A DNA stretch of 64,000 nt. It comes from Lama glama (lineage: Eukaryota). Made by a program: the position numbers and the translations under genes. Under the pieces are notes generated by a model that did not search any database, was not told the origin of the DNA, and worked only from the letters and a program-made list of their open reading frames with translations. The stretch is taken from the NCBI GenBank assembly GCA_028534125.1, contig CM052816.1, positions 11,100,001-11,164,000 of the forward strand. The letters run 5' to 3'. Shown here one piece after another: positions 24,641 to 36,531 of the stretch. The number at the start of each line of letters is the position of its first letter. The stretch's first letter is position 1.

Positions 24641-27600
24641 TATCATTTCTATAAATATAATTTCTATTCTTATTATTTGATCTCCTCTTGCTTTCTTTAT
24701 CTCCCCATATCTGAATCTTTGCCTCTTTGCCTCTGTTTTACCTTGCTCTCTCTGTTACATAAACTGCTCAGTTTTCTCCTTGGTTAGCTAAGTAATAAAT
24801 ACGAACTATTAGCCTGATATCTGATTGATAATGGATATTTCTTGTTAAAAAAAAAGTACAAATTGAAACTGAAAATGGCTAACATTGCATGTGATAAAAT
24901 GTGAAACTGACTGAAGATCAGATCTTAAATGCAAATCTCTAAAATCTGACCCAAGAAAGTTGGGTCTGGCAGAAATAACAATCATTGAAGAAACTTCTCT
25001 CGAACTAGACAATTGGTAAGATCTGATGCCAATAGAAATGCTTTAGGGAACACAGACCTTCACCCTGAAATTTCAATGAAGAGTTAATTTGGTCAGAAAT
25101 AACTTTAGTGAAAAAAAAACTAATAGCAAAAAATATCATCTAATGTAGAAAACAGATCCTGAAATTTATTGGTATTTGGTTGGGGGATTACTTATGTGGG
25201 TTTATCACCATTGAAGTTTGCTTCTAAAAATGCTTTCTCACTGAACACGCAACAATGTTGGTATAATTTTGATAAAGTGTCAAAATGCCATTAGGGCCCA
25301 AAGGATTATGGTCAGGCTAGGGATATGGATGAAGATGTGTGTGTGGTGTGTATTCGTGCACACAGGTACGTAGAAGAGAACTTAGGGGAAGTCAAAGGGC
25401 AGCATGGCCTGAGAACTGGAGCACCATGCAGAACATCCCTTCATGCTGTCTTAACTGATGGGCCAGAGACAGGGCAGGAAACATAACTTCAAGATAAGGC
25501 AGACTTGGGTTAAAAAAGGGTTCCATCCCTCACTAGCTGTCACCCTACAAAAGTTACCACCTCCCCAAGCCTCAGCTACCCGCCTCATCTGAAAAGGAAC
25601 ATGGCAGCAGTGCTCACCTCATGAGCTTGTCATGAGGACGGCCTGAGACAGAGCCCTTGCCAGGTACCTGGCACGTGGTCAGCCCGCACTCTAGATGTTA
25701 GCCACCCTTATCTGTTATTGTTCTACTTTGTCAGTGTGTCTGTGCTCCCAGAACCTCATCCAGCTGACAGCCAGCTAGATGAATAGCTTCTTCTGAATAG
25801 GGTCCTCTGATCCTATTTCTTTGCCCCCTGCCAGCCCAGTTTCCAGGATCCGAGCACAATGCCATGCTTAGGATATGATCCCAGTGATTTTTTAGCTGTA
25901 CGTTGAGAGCATGTTGAAGAAAAAGTAATATAAGGGGAAAATGAAAGGGAACTAGGGGTCGGGGCTGTTAGACATATGGGGTGCATCAAAGGACCGCCAG
26001 ACAGATGGTGAGCAGGGGAACACACCTGGGTGCTAGGTACTAATTAGCTGACAGGTGGGTCAAGGGTGGGAAAAGGCAGGAAACAGTATGTTGTTTATTC
26101 CCCATAATCAGAGGCTGCCTGTGGCCAGGTTCCCTAACCTCCCCACTCCTCCTGGCTGAGTATAAGTTAAGAATATGCTCTGCTTAACCTTGAAGAAGCC
26201 TTGGACCAGGTGAAGAGGAGCTTTGCTGACAGATTTGATAACTAAGACTTCCAAGAAAGGCTCTGAGCCACTTTGGCCTCAGCTAGCACTCCACTTCCTC
26301 TGGTCCCATCCCCCCTGAAACTAGAACACAGCTTGGAAAGACAGCTAGGTGCCCTCGCCGTCACTGTGGCTTCCTCAAGCCTCGGCCCGCTCTCTCCTTG
26401 ATGAGCCTGCGGGGCTGTAATTCTCATCACCTGACATTTATGGGCGGCTGGATATTAGCAAAAGGTTTTACAGCCATTCTTATGAGGGCTACCTCCATGA
26501 GACCTGTCAGGGATAATCACCCAGACTGAGCAGAAGGAAAGAGAGCAAAGGCACTCGCGTGCTATCACCCACCCTGCCCGCCCGCAAAGAGCCCGCAATG
26601 AGCCTGCAACAGAGCCTGCAGGTGCCCTTTCTCTTCAACCACATGTCAGAGCTGATTGGCTTGCCCTCGTACCCTTGGCAGCTGTCCATCATCATCTTCC
26701 ACATCCAACTCATCAATGGGTCCTGAAGGTGCAACTCCCAAGGGTGCCTCTGGTCCATTTCGGCCCATCTCCGCGGCGCCACTCTGGCCCAGCCTGCCTC
26801 CCGCACAGCCCTCACTTGGCTCTGCCTCCTGGTCCTGCCCCTGCCCTACCTTCCGTGATCCACACAGGAGGAGACAGCGCAGTCCTCTAGATGGTTATTT
26901 CTCTCTTTCATGGATGCACCTTGTAAACTTTCTGAAAAATCTTTATGGATCTCCTAGAGAGAATGTGTCCGATGAAAAGAGGAATCTTTTAAAAAAACAG
27001 TACCTTCCTCTACTGGGTAAGATTTATTCTGAAGAAAAATCCAAGTACCTTTACAGACCGCGGGGTCCCTCTGTGACCCCTTCCCTACCCGCCTCTCTGA
27101 CCTCCCCTCCACACTGGCCTCTGCTCACATACAGGTTTCAGAGGCACACAAGTAGGCTTACATCCACTTCTCAGCCTGCCGGGGAGCCCTAAGCTCTGCT
27201 GTCAGCACAGCTGACTGTCTCAACCTCCCAGGCTCAGCTCACCTGCCACCTCCCAGCCCGCCCAGCCTTGAACTGCCTCCTTGCCCACATCACCCTGTTC
27301 ATTGTTTTCAGGGCACTTGGAACAAACTTAAAATGTTTCTTATTTGTTGACTTACACATAGTTTGTCTCCTTTGTTGGAATATACGTCGTATATTTTTCC
27401 CGGTTGCACTACTGCCTAGCACAGAGCATAGGCAAAGTATATTTACACCCGGTAAATATGCTTCAAAAAATTAAATGAAGGAATGAACGAAGCAATCTGC
27501 CAAAAAGCCATTCACCCTCTCAAACCTCCTGCAAGTCTTCGTGATAATCAGTAGAGGGCAGCAAAGACCCTGAGTTAGCTAACTTCTGGGTTTACGCCAG

Positions 27601-28309
27601 AAACAAGAGAACTTTTCCGCCTTTGCCAAATAGCAGCCTCAGGTATATCAGAAATTTCAGGGAAAGTCTTGCCTTAAAATTTTTTTCTTCAGTTTGTTTC
27701 TGAAGCCTTCTCTCTGAGTCATTTACAGATTTTTTGGGGGGGTGCAATTTCAGGGACAATGCTCCTCAGGAGATGAAAGCAGATGTTGTGTTGACTAAGC
27801 CAAAAGAAAACCCTACGGCCTAGAGCCTGTACCTTCCTGTCTGACGAGTCAGAGTGGAAAAAAAGATGCTCCTGTCATAGCCAACAGCTGTTTGGGACTC
27901 AAGGATTTACGGCTCTCCCTTATGGTGTGTGGGGAGGAGCAGATACCAGCTAGGCAGCTGCTGTTAGTGTTTTGAGCACTTGCAAGAGCAGGTTGTGTGT
28001 GTGTGTTTACAGTTCTGTCTTCTGCTTCAGTCTGTTTCTGCTCATTTCTGTAACCGTTCCCCAGCCCAGGGCAAGAGCCTCACTGTCTCCTGCCTTTGTG
28101 GGCTGCTTCACTGAAAATACACCCTGAATCCAAGCAATCAGCAGTAGAATCAGCGTCCATACAGTCCTAGAAGGGTGCTTCCATTCAGTCTCTACCTAAC
28201 AAATGTTGACTGAGTCCTCTAACTTACCAGGCCTGGGTGTGTGCTCTGTGGGTACAGATGCTTCATTTGATTAAAAGAACAGTTACTAGTAAGAACCAGC
28301 TGAGGTAGA

Positions 28310-28540
28310 GCTTCTCAGTCTTGGTGCTGCGTACATTCTGGACCAGGTAATTCTTGGTTGTAAGAGCATTCTAGGATTTTAGCAACATCCCCGGACTCTC
28401 CCCATGAGATGCAGGGAGTACCTACCCCCTGAACCGTGATGACCAAAAATGTTTTCAGACACCACAGAGTGTCCCCTGGGTGGGTGAGGATGGGGAGGGG
28501 GGCAGGTTCTCACCCCCAACCTTGAAATCTACTATTTTAA
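28310..28540 (+). mobile_element. MER20-like hAT-Charlie MITE
   Basis: ttctcagtcttgg...acattctggaccaggtaattctt...gaccaaaaatgttttcagaca...gtcccctggg resembles MER20. Confidence 0.75.
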
Positions 28541-29384
28541 GGATCATGGTGGAAATCTTCTAGGGTATCTTTACAGCCTGAGTCAATGACCCCTCTCCCC
28601 TGGTTCTGCTCCTCACTCTCCCTTGCTTGTCTGTTGTGACCTTAAGCCTATGGACCGAGTACATTGAGCATCTGACCCAGCTGAATGCCTCTTGAGTTTT
28701 TTTCTTTTGGAATCTGCAACTAAGACTGAGAGACTGAGTATCACTCGGGACCTTCAAGGGGACAAAACTTTAAAGCAAATTTAGAAGGTGTGGGCAGATA
28801 TATGACAAGGTGGGGGACGTGAAGCAGAGACATCCTCCTGCACAGGAAATGAACTAGACTTGGAGAAACACACAGGAAGAGGCAAAGAGGAGTCACCTCC
28901 TGCTGGCACGTTCTGGTTTTAGTACTTCCTAAGGACAGGCTCCACTTCCTGCCATGGTAACATTTAATAACATTGATAACTAATTCCTCCTTTGCGCTCA
29001 GCCAGTTCTGTCGTTGCTGTTGCTGTTTTTTCTGTGACTAGCGAATGAGCCCTCACGGGTGCATGCCCTGTGGCTGGGAAGTGAAATAATAATCAGAAGA
29101 CATCAGGCAGTTTTGGGGAGGGTTTCCATCCTTCAAGGCAGCTCCACCCACCTCCGCAAGTGCTCCATTCTCCTTTCTCTACCAAATGGCTTCCTCACCT
29201 TCTCTATAGTTTTCCTTGTCTTCACCTTGGCTTGTCCCCAACCCGGTGTGCCAGGGCCTCAGCTCAACTTCTTGCTGTCCATTCACCATCAGCTTGACCA
29301 ACCGGTAACAGCAAACCCAGGCCGGGCTTCTTGGCTCAGATTCCTGAGTCTGATTGGCTCGTGTGGCAAAACATGATTGGCTGC

Positions 29385-29833
29385 CCACCCCACAATCATC
29401 CATCCTTCCCAGTTTTTTTCAGGCAAACAACCCCAGGTGGTGAATCAGAATTGGTTTGTTAAGGGTAATGAGATGTAAGAGGAATTTTCTGGGGGAAGTG
29501 GGGGCTTATGGCAAAGAATTTTATCCTTAATGCAAAGAGGCAAAGCCTGAGGAGGAGTTAGCCCATCCCCTTCCTACCTCCTCTGGATATGTCATGTGAG
29601 GACATGATAAATGAAACCGTGACAGCCATTTTGCAACCATGAAGTAAAGCCAAGAGAACTAGCGAGAAACTGACAGAAGCAAGCTACAACATCCTCGAGC
29701 TGACGAATTAACCAACCCTGGAGCCATTTACCTTTAGACTTCTTGTTACATGAGATAATTAGGTATCCTTACAGTTTAAGCTACTTTGACTCGGTATCCT
29801 GTTACGTGAAGCCAAAAGGATCCTGACCGATAC
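29385..29833 (+). mobile_element. Old MaLR (MLT1-type) LTR
   Basis: cagccattttgcaaccatga...gacttcttgttacatgagataa...gtttaagc...tcctgaccgataca 3' end. Confidence 0.65.
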
Positions 29834-29935
29834 AGTATAGCTCATCTTTTCAGGCCAGGTCACTCAGGTCCCAGGTCACTAGCTGGCTATCCTGTAGATA
29901 GATGAACTGTCCTGGAGTCACACACCTACCTCCAA

Positions 29936-30035
29936 NNNNNNNNNNNNNNNNNNNNNNNNNNNNNNNNNNNNNNNNNNNNNNNNNNNNNNNNNNNNNNNNN
30001 NNNNNNNNNNNNNNNNNNNNNNNNNNNNNNNNNNN
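29936..30035. other. Assembly gap (100 N)
   Basis: Run of N. Confidence 1.
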
Positions 30036-31689
30036 ATCCTCATTTTGCCATCAATTTTATTTCAATGGCAGTATACTATGTATACTCCTTTGCACCTTAT
30101 TTTTCACTTCATATTGTTTTGTATATTATACATATGCAACTGTTTCATAGCCCTCGCGTTTCACTTATTTGCAGTCTCAAATGTAATTGGTATTTAGGAA
30201 GGTTTTATTTGTATTTTAATGGTTACTTTTATACTGAAGCTAAAACAACCTCAGTCCCTTTCGTCTTATTTTTGTTATTTTCTGTTGGTTCCCCAACAAT
30301 ATTGAAATTAGTTAATAATTTCTTCTTTTCTTTCTCATTCCTGTTTGCCAGCATCTCAGGTAAATAAATATCCTTTCACCCCCATCAGCAGCAAATGTAT
30401 TCAACAAGTATGTTCTCTATTTCATCTCTCTTATCATTCTTCTAATTATTGTATAACCTCTACATTGCCTGGGCACGTACTCTTTTTACAACCATAATAG
30501 TTTTATGGGTAAATACGTAACGCCAGTCAATCCTTGGTCCAGTCACCATCGGTCCTAAGGCCAATGTCTTTCCATTTTGGTTGTCCCATAAGCCTTGCTT
30601 CAGTAAACTCAGAGGAGCAATATTCTTTAGTTCTTTCACATTTATCGTTTGTGACATGTTGGCTCATGTTTTCTTTCTTTGAATATCTTCAGTACATTAC
30701 TCTATTTCTTCTGGAATACAGTTTGAAGATAATTATTTCTTTTCCATTTAGATGATTTGATATTTTGACTAGATGCCCAAATGATTTTTTTTTCTTTTTT
30801 TGTAAAGTCCAGAAGTTTTTTGAGACAATATCTTGACACTGGTCATTCTGGATTGATTTTCCTAGATACTAGTACCAAATCTCTTTCTCTCCTTTTTTTT
30901 TTTTTTTCCTTGAAATCTCTTTTTGTCTCAGGAAAAATTCTTAAATGTTTGCTTTGGAAATTTAAATTAGTTTTAAATTACTTTTAAATTTCCACTGCTT
31001 TTTAGTTTCTTCTTTGTGAGTCTTCTGTTACATATATGTTGGTTTTTTTGTTTGTTTGTTTATCTTCTATATCTACCACTTTCTCTCAAATCTCCTTGAT
31101 TTGTTCGAATTCCCTCCTTCTCACCTACTGTTTATGCAAAGGTGTAATTTGATGCGTTATTCCCTCTTCTGCTTCTTTTATTTTAGTCTCCATCTCTCAA
31201 ATGATTAACATTAATTCTAATCCTGTGTTCTCCTACTTCATTTCTGAGCTTCTCTAATTCTGATTTATATAGTCCTTTCTTAGCTGATACTATTTTATTA
31301 ATTTTTTAAAGCTTAATTTTCAAATAAGTTAAAATTTTCATCTGTTTTATAAGCATGTCTTTCTGATATGTTTTCATTGTTAGACTATTATTCTGCCCTT
31401 TTCTTGTTTTCTTATAATGATTTAGGGTTGGATTTTTTTCCAGCTTTATCGAGATATAATTGACATATAACATTGTGTAAGTTTAAGGTGTACAATGTAA
31501 TGATCTGATACACTTACATATTGCAAAATTATCATCACAATAAGATTAGTTAACATACCTGACTTAGTGTTGGATTTGAACACAATCTTACTCTATTGTT
31601 CATTTTTATATGAATTTAGTTTTTCTTTTATGAAGGAAGGATGACTCAGGATAACTTTTCTAGCTTCATTACTCTGGATTTCCTTCTTC

Positions 31690-32102
31690 TGTTTTTTTAA
31701 ATTTTTAAATTGAAGTATAGTCAGTTTACAATGCTGTATCAATTTCAAGTGTACACCGTAATGTTTCAGTCATACATGTACATTCATATACTCACTTTCA
31801 TATTCTTTTTCATTATAGGTTACTATAAGATAGTGAATATAGTTCTCTGTGCTATACAGAAGAGGCTCATTTGTCTATTTTATATATAATAGTATCTGCA
31901 AGTCTCGAACTCCCAATTTATCCCTTCCCACCCCCTTATCTCCTAGTAACCATAAGTTTCTTTCTGTGAGTCTGTTTCTGTTTTATAAATAAGATCACAT
32001 CTGTCTTTTTTTAGATTAAACATATAAGTGAGATCATATAGTATTTTTCTTTCTCTTTCTGACTGACTTCACTTAGAATTATGATCTCCAGCTCCATCCA
32101 TG
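31690..32102 (-). mobile_element. Lineage-specific L1 3' end
   Basis: T-rich tail then ttgaagtatagtcagtttacaatg...gacttcacttagaattatgatctccag; same family as 33427-34202. Confidence 0.85.
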
Positions 32103-32593
32103 GACCTCATTGCTCCCCTGCAAAGACACTGATACAATGTGCTCTTTAGCTATTGGTAGTTTTCCTCCACCTGCTCATATTTTGAGGTTCATGAGAATAT
32201 CCTGTTCATCTAGAACAAAAATTTGAAAAAATAAATGTCAATCAAGAGGGAATTGGCTTTAACAATTAACATAATATCCTGTAGTTATTAATAAGATGAC
32301 GTCAATGATGAATTTTCTATAACAATGTGGAAAGCAGTCCATAATATATTGTTAAGTAGGAGAAGCAGCTTAAAAAGTTTTTATATTACGGTGTCATTTA
32401 TACATTTTTTTAAAATATAAAAAATGCATGTGTGTGTATGTTACTGTAAAAGATGCCTAGAAAAAAAAAACACCCCACTGTTTATATGACAGTTTATTCA
32501 GGTACTAGTGAGGGAGAAGCTATTTCCACTTTACACATAGGGGTTGTACAGATAAGTAGTGATAAATTTTTTTACTGAGCTCAGAATAGCTTT

Positions 32594-35500
32594 TAGATCT
32601 GGTCATAAGGGGCTCCTGTCTTGGACCCTATGTGTTAGAGAGTCTGAAAATCACAAACACATAATGAAAGGTCAATTCATCAAAGAGCGTATGAGATTGG
32701 GTACCCATTCCTGACACAGAGCAGCCATCACGCTAAACACCCACACTGGTGACTGACACTATTCAGGCCACAGGACATGCTTCTCCACATCTCTTGCCCT
32801 TTGTCCTGGAAACAAGTGTGACTTTATTCAAACGCCATGAAGAATCTTGGGTTTTCCTGCTGCCAGCATCATGGAAGGATTACTTAGCAATACGAGAAGA
32901 ATTTGAGCTGTGGAAGCATTTAGGTAAGAGAAAAGACAAATTAATTCATTTGTCAAATCCTTCCTCTTAAATGTTGTGAATGCTATAGATTCTTGCATAA
33001 TAAAGCACGGCTTCCCAGGAGTGCTGAGCATCTATTTTCTTGCTTTCTTTGAGTTCTTTGAGTTTGTTTGTAGATCTATAAGTACTCATAGATGACTGCA
33101 GTCTGTGCAATAGTTACACATGGCAGCCAGAGAACATTTTGCAGTAGTAAACAATATTCTCCTTAAATTATTTTTATACATACTCTAGACATAACATGTT
33201 TGAGACATGAAGCATAATACCAATTTTTTTGCATTAGCAACTGATGAATATTAAATGTAAGAATTACAAATAATTTTATGTCTATAAAAGATTTTATAAG
33301 ATATAATTACATTTTAAAACTAAAATAAAAGCTAAACTTTATTTGAATAACTTTTGCTTAAATTTTAATGCTCATTATTATTTTTATTTTGTTGTTTAGT
33401 TTTAATAGATTATTTTGGATATTTTATTTTATTTTGGTTAAAAAAATTTTTTTAATTGAAGTATAGTCAGTTTACAATGTCATGTCGATTTCTGGTGTAC
33501 AGCGTAGTGATTCAGTTACGTATATATATGTATATATTTTTTCATATTCTTTTTCATTATAGGCTATTACAAGGTATTGGATATAGCTCCCTGTGCTATT
33601 CAGTGGGACCTTGCTGTTTATCTATTTTATATATAAAATTGTTAGTATCTGCAAATCCTAAACTCCCAATTTATCTCTCCATCTCCCCTCCTTCCCCTGC
33701 CCCACAACCACAAGTTTGTTTTCTATGTCTGTGAGTCTGTTCTGTTTTGTAAATAAATTCATTTGTCCTATTTTATTAGATTCCACATGTAAGTGATATC
33801 ATATGGTATTTTTCTTTCTCTTTCTGGCTTACTTCACTTAGTACAACGATCTCCAGGTCCACCCATGTTGCTGCAAATGGCATTATTTTATTCTATTACT
33901 TTAGAATGGCATTATTTTATTAGTATTCCATTGTATAAATACACCATATCTTCTTCATCCAGTCATCTGTTGATGGACATTTAGGTTGCTACCATTTCTT
34001 GGCTATTGTAAATAGTGCTGCTGTGAGCATTGGGGCCTGTATCTTTTTGAATTAGAGTTCCCTCCAGGTATATACCCAGAAGTGGGATTGCTGGATTATA
34101 TGGTATGTCTATTTTTAGTTTTTTAAGGAATCTCCATACTGTTTTCCATAGTGGCTGCACCAAACTACATTCCCATAAACAGTGTAGGAGGGTTCCCTTT
34201 TCTTATTTTGGATATTTTAGAAGAAAAATAACTATTTGAGGAGAGGAGGTCTCTCTCCTAAGGGCTCCCTATTCCTTGAGACACAACAAATAGGAAAAAT
34301 AATTTTAATTTGTCAATATTTTAACACTTTAATTATATTCTTGATGAAGTATATTCAAACTTGGAAATTTTGGAATAGGATTACATTTTATCTTTTAATT
34401 CTATTGATCATTGATTATGAGAACAAGTTGATACTGGGTAGAACCCCCAAAATTGAAAGTGGAGCTCAGAAAATTAAGGGCTAAAAAGATACAAGTAAAA
34501 TATAGTCAAATGTGGTCTGCTTCAATTTTTCAAAATTGTAGACAGTAAAAGTAGACAGACTTCTGCTAAATATGGCCCACGTGCGGTTCACAAACAGGAA
34601 TTACAAATTCTTTATTTACTGTATTTTAGTTTACTGAGCAAAACAATGAAAATACACAACAAAAGTATTCTTAGCATCCACGACTCCACTAGTTCAGATG
34701 AAACACCTGTTTACTTTGTGTTCTTTACTGATGAAGGTTTTTTCCTTGATCAAAAGAAAAAATGAAAAATATAATTTTTCATATAAAATTCACAATTCAG
34801 AAGAAACAGATGCAGTTCTGGCCTGCCCATCAGAAGATAAAGAAATTGCAAGAAAGCTGGCAAATTGGATGAGGAATACGCAAACTTTGGATCTTTACTG
34901 TTTGTTGGAAAGGGATCCTGGGAAAAGTCTGTCACATCCTTCTGAAATCATGAAACTGCTTCAGGAAAAACATAAGTTGATTCAAATTATTGGCTGTGAA
35001 TTTTCCATTGGGTAAACATGGCAGAAAATGGAATATTTCATATCAAAATAAAATGTTCTTCAAATGGAGAAAGAAACTATAGAAACTTTTATATATTTTA
35101 AGTAGAAAGCCAAGTATTTTGTTACTATTGTTACATATCTCACAGTCAGTTTTCACAGTTTTGGCCAAGGAAACTATTTATGACCGGAAATAGGTTATCA
35201 ATTAAAAGAACACAAAGTGTTACTTGCACTAAAAACAAACAAACAAAAAACCCAGCATATGCAAACACAAGAACTGAATAAAAAGCTTGAAACAATAGCA
35301 CACAGCAGTCAACAAAGAAACCAGTTAACGAGTAAGTACTGATGTAAAAAACTGCTGTGCCATTCTTAAATAATAGTCATAGGTGTTCCATATTTCACCA
35401 AGCTTTGTGTGACAACAGTAGAATAACATTCACAGAAAACAATGGACATTTTCTAGTTTAGCAGAAGAAATAACTTTCAAATTTGATGCCAGAATGGCCA

Positions 35501-36531
35501 CACCTATAAGATAGATAAAAACTAATTTTAAAGATCATATAAAAAAAAGAGAATTCACAATAGTATTAAAAGTGAGAAAAGAATTTACATGTACAAGTTT
35601 TTAAAGTAATAATAACTAATTCAACTAGATTATATTGGGACAAATGATATTGAACAACAAACATTCATCATACATACTGTCAGACTATCAGAAGATAAAA
35701 ACAGAGGAAGTCAAAATCAATGAACCTTTTACTGGTGTTATGCCAATTGTAAAAAGTTGAACTGCAAAGATAACTTTGAATTTCAATCAAAAGATCAATC
35801 ACTTAGAGAAGGTGAAAATAACAATATAAGTGAGAGTGATTTAAATGATGAAATTAGAATATCTTATAATATTTCTATGATAATAGTTTATCATAGACCC
35901 CATCATACTCTTTGAACTTTATATGTAAAATCCATTGTTGATTTCCAAATGTAATGTTAATACAGTAACTTTGTTGGCAATTGCCGTTGCTATTGGCTAA
36001 ACAGCAAGTTTTCTAAAATTAATTTAAAAATAAAACACAACGACTTAAGAAAGGTAGACTAATTTGACTCGTGTCATAAGAACAAAAATTATATAAAATC
36101 CTATTACAACAACATAGTGAGCGATTTTGCTAAAATGAGAATAAGAAAAAGTAAATGTTATGCAGTAAACGTATCATCACGTATGAATTACGTATGCCTT
36201 TGTTATGACTCATCTGAACATCAGCCGAACAGCAGAACTCCCAGATCTGTGCACAAAATTAAAATTCAGCCAACTTTAAGTTCGATGATACTGTCATATA
36301 GAACTCGTTCTCTAGATCTCATTTTAGGTGTTCTTACCACAACAAAATTAAAGAAAAAAGTTTTTAAGGATTAAAAAAAGACCTATATTTGATTTTGTTT
36401 CAAAGGGAGAAGGATAGGACATATTTTACTGTATTCAACAGTTGTTAGTTTGTTTATAACTTGTAAATATTTAGACATCTGGCTCTCCATTTATATTTTT
36501 GCCCAGGTCCACAAATGTAGGGGTAGGTCTG
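32594..36531 (+). mobile_element. Fossil hAT (Tip100-type) DNA transposon with decayed transposase, interrupted by an L1
   Basis: Transposase-like remnants: NGHFL...KFD near 35441-35490, and C-terminal SKFSKINLKIK...SDFAKMRIRK at about 36003-36150, resembling the hAT dimerisation region; end ttttgcccaggtccacaaatgtaggggtaggtctg resembles Tip100-type termini. Confidence 0.65.
33427..34202 (-). mobile_element. 5'-truncated L1 with 17-bp target-site duplication
   Basis: ORF 33981..34163 ([31 protein letters not shown]) is the L1 ORF2 C-terminus; TSD ttattttggatatttta at 33410-33426 and 34203-34219. Confidence 0.95.

Noticed and set aside
28011..28715. Further possible minus-strand exons (about 28011-28112 and from about 28712)
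   Set aside because: Acceptors are plausible but donors are weak or absent and phases do not clearly fit, so they were left out of the gene model.
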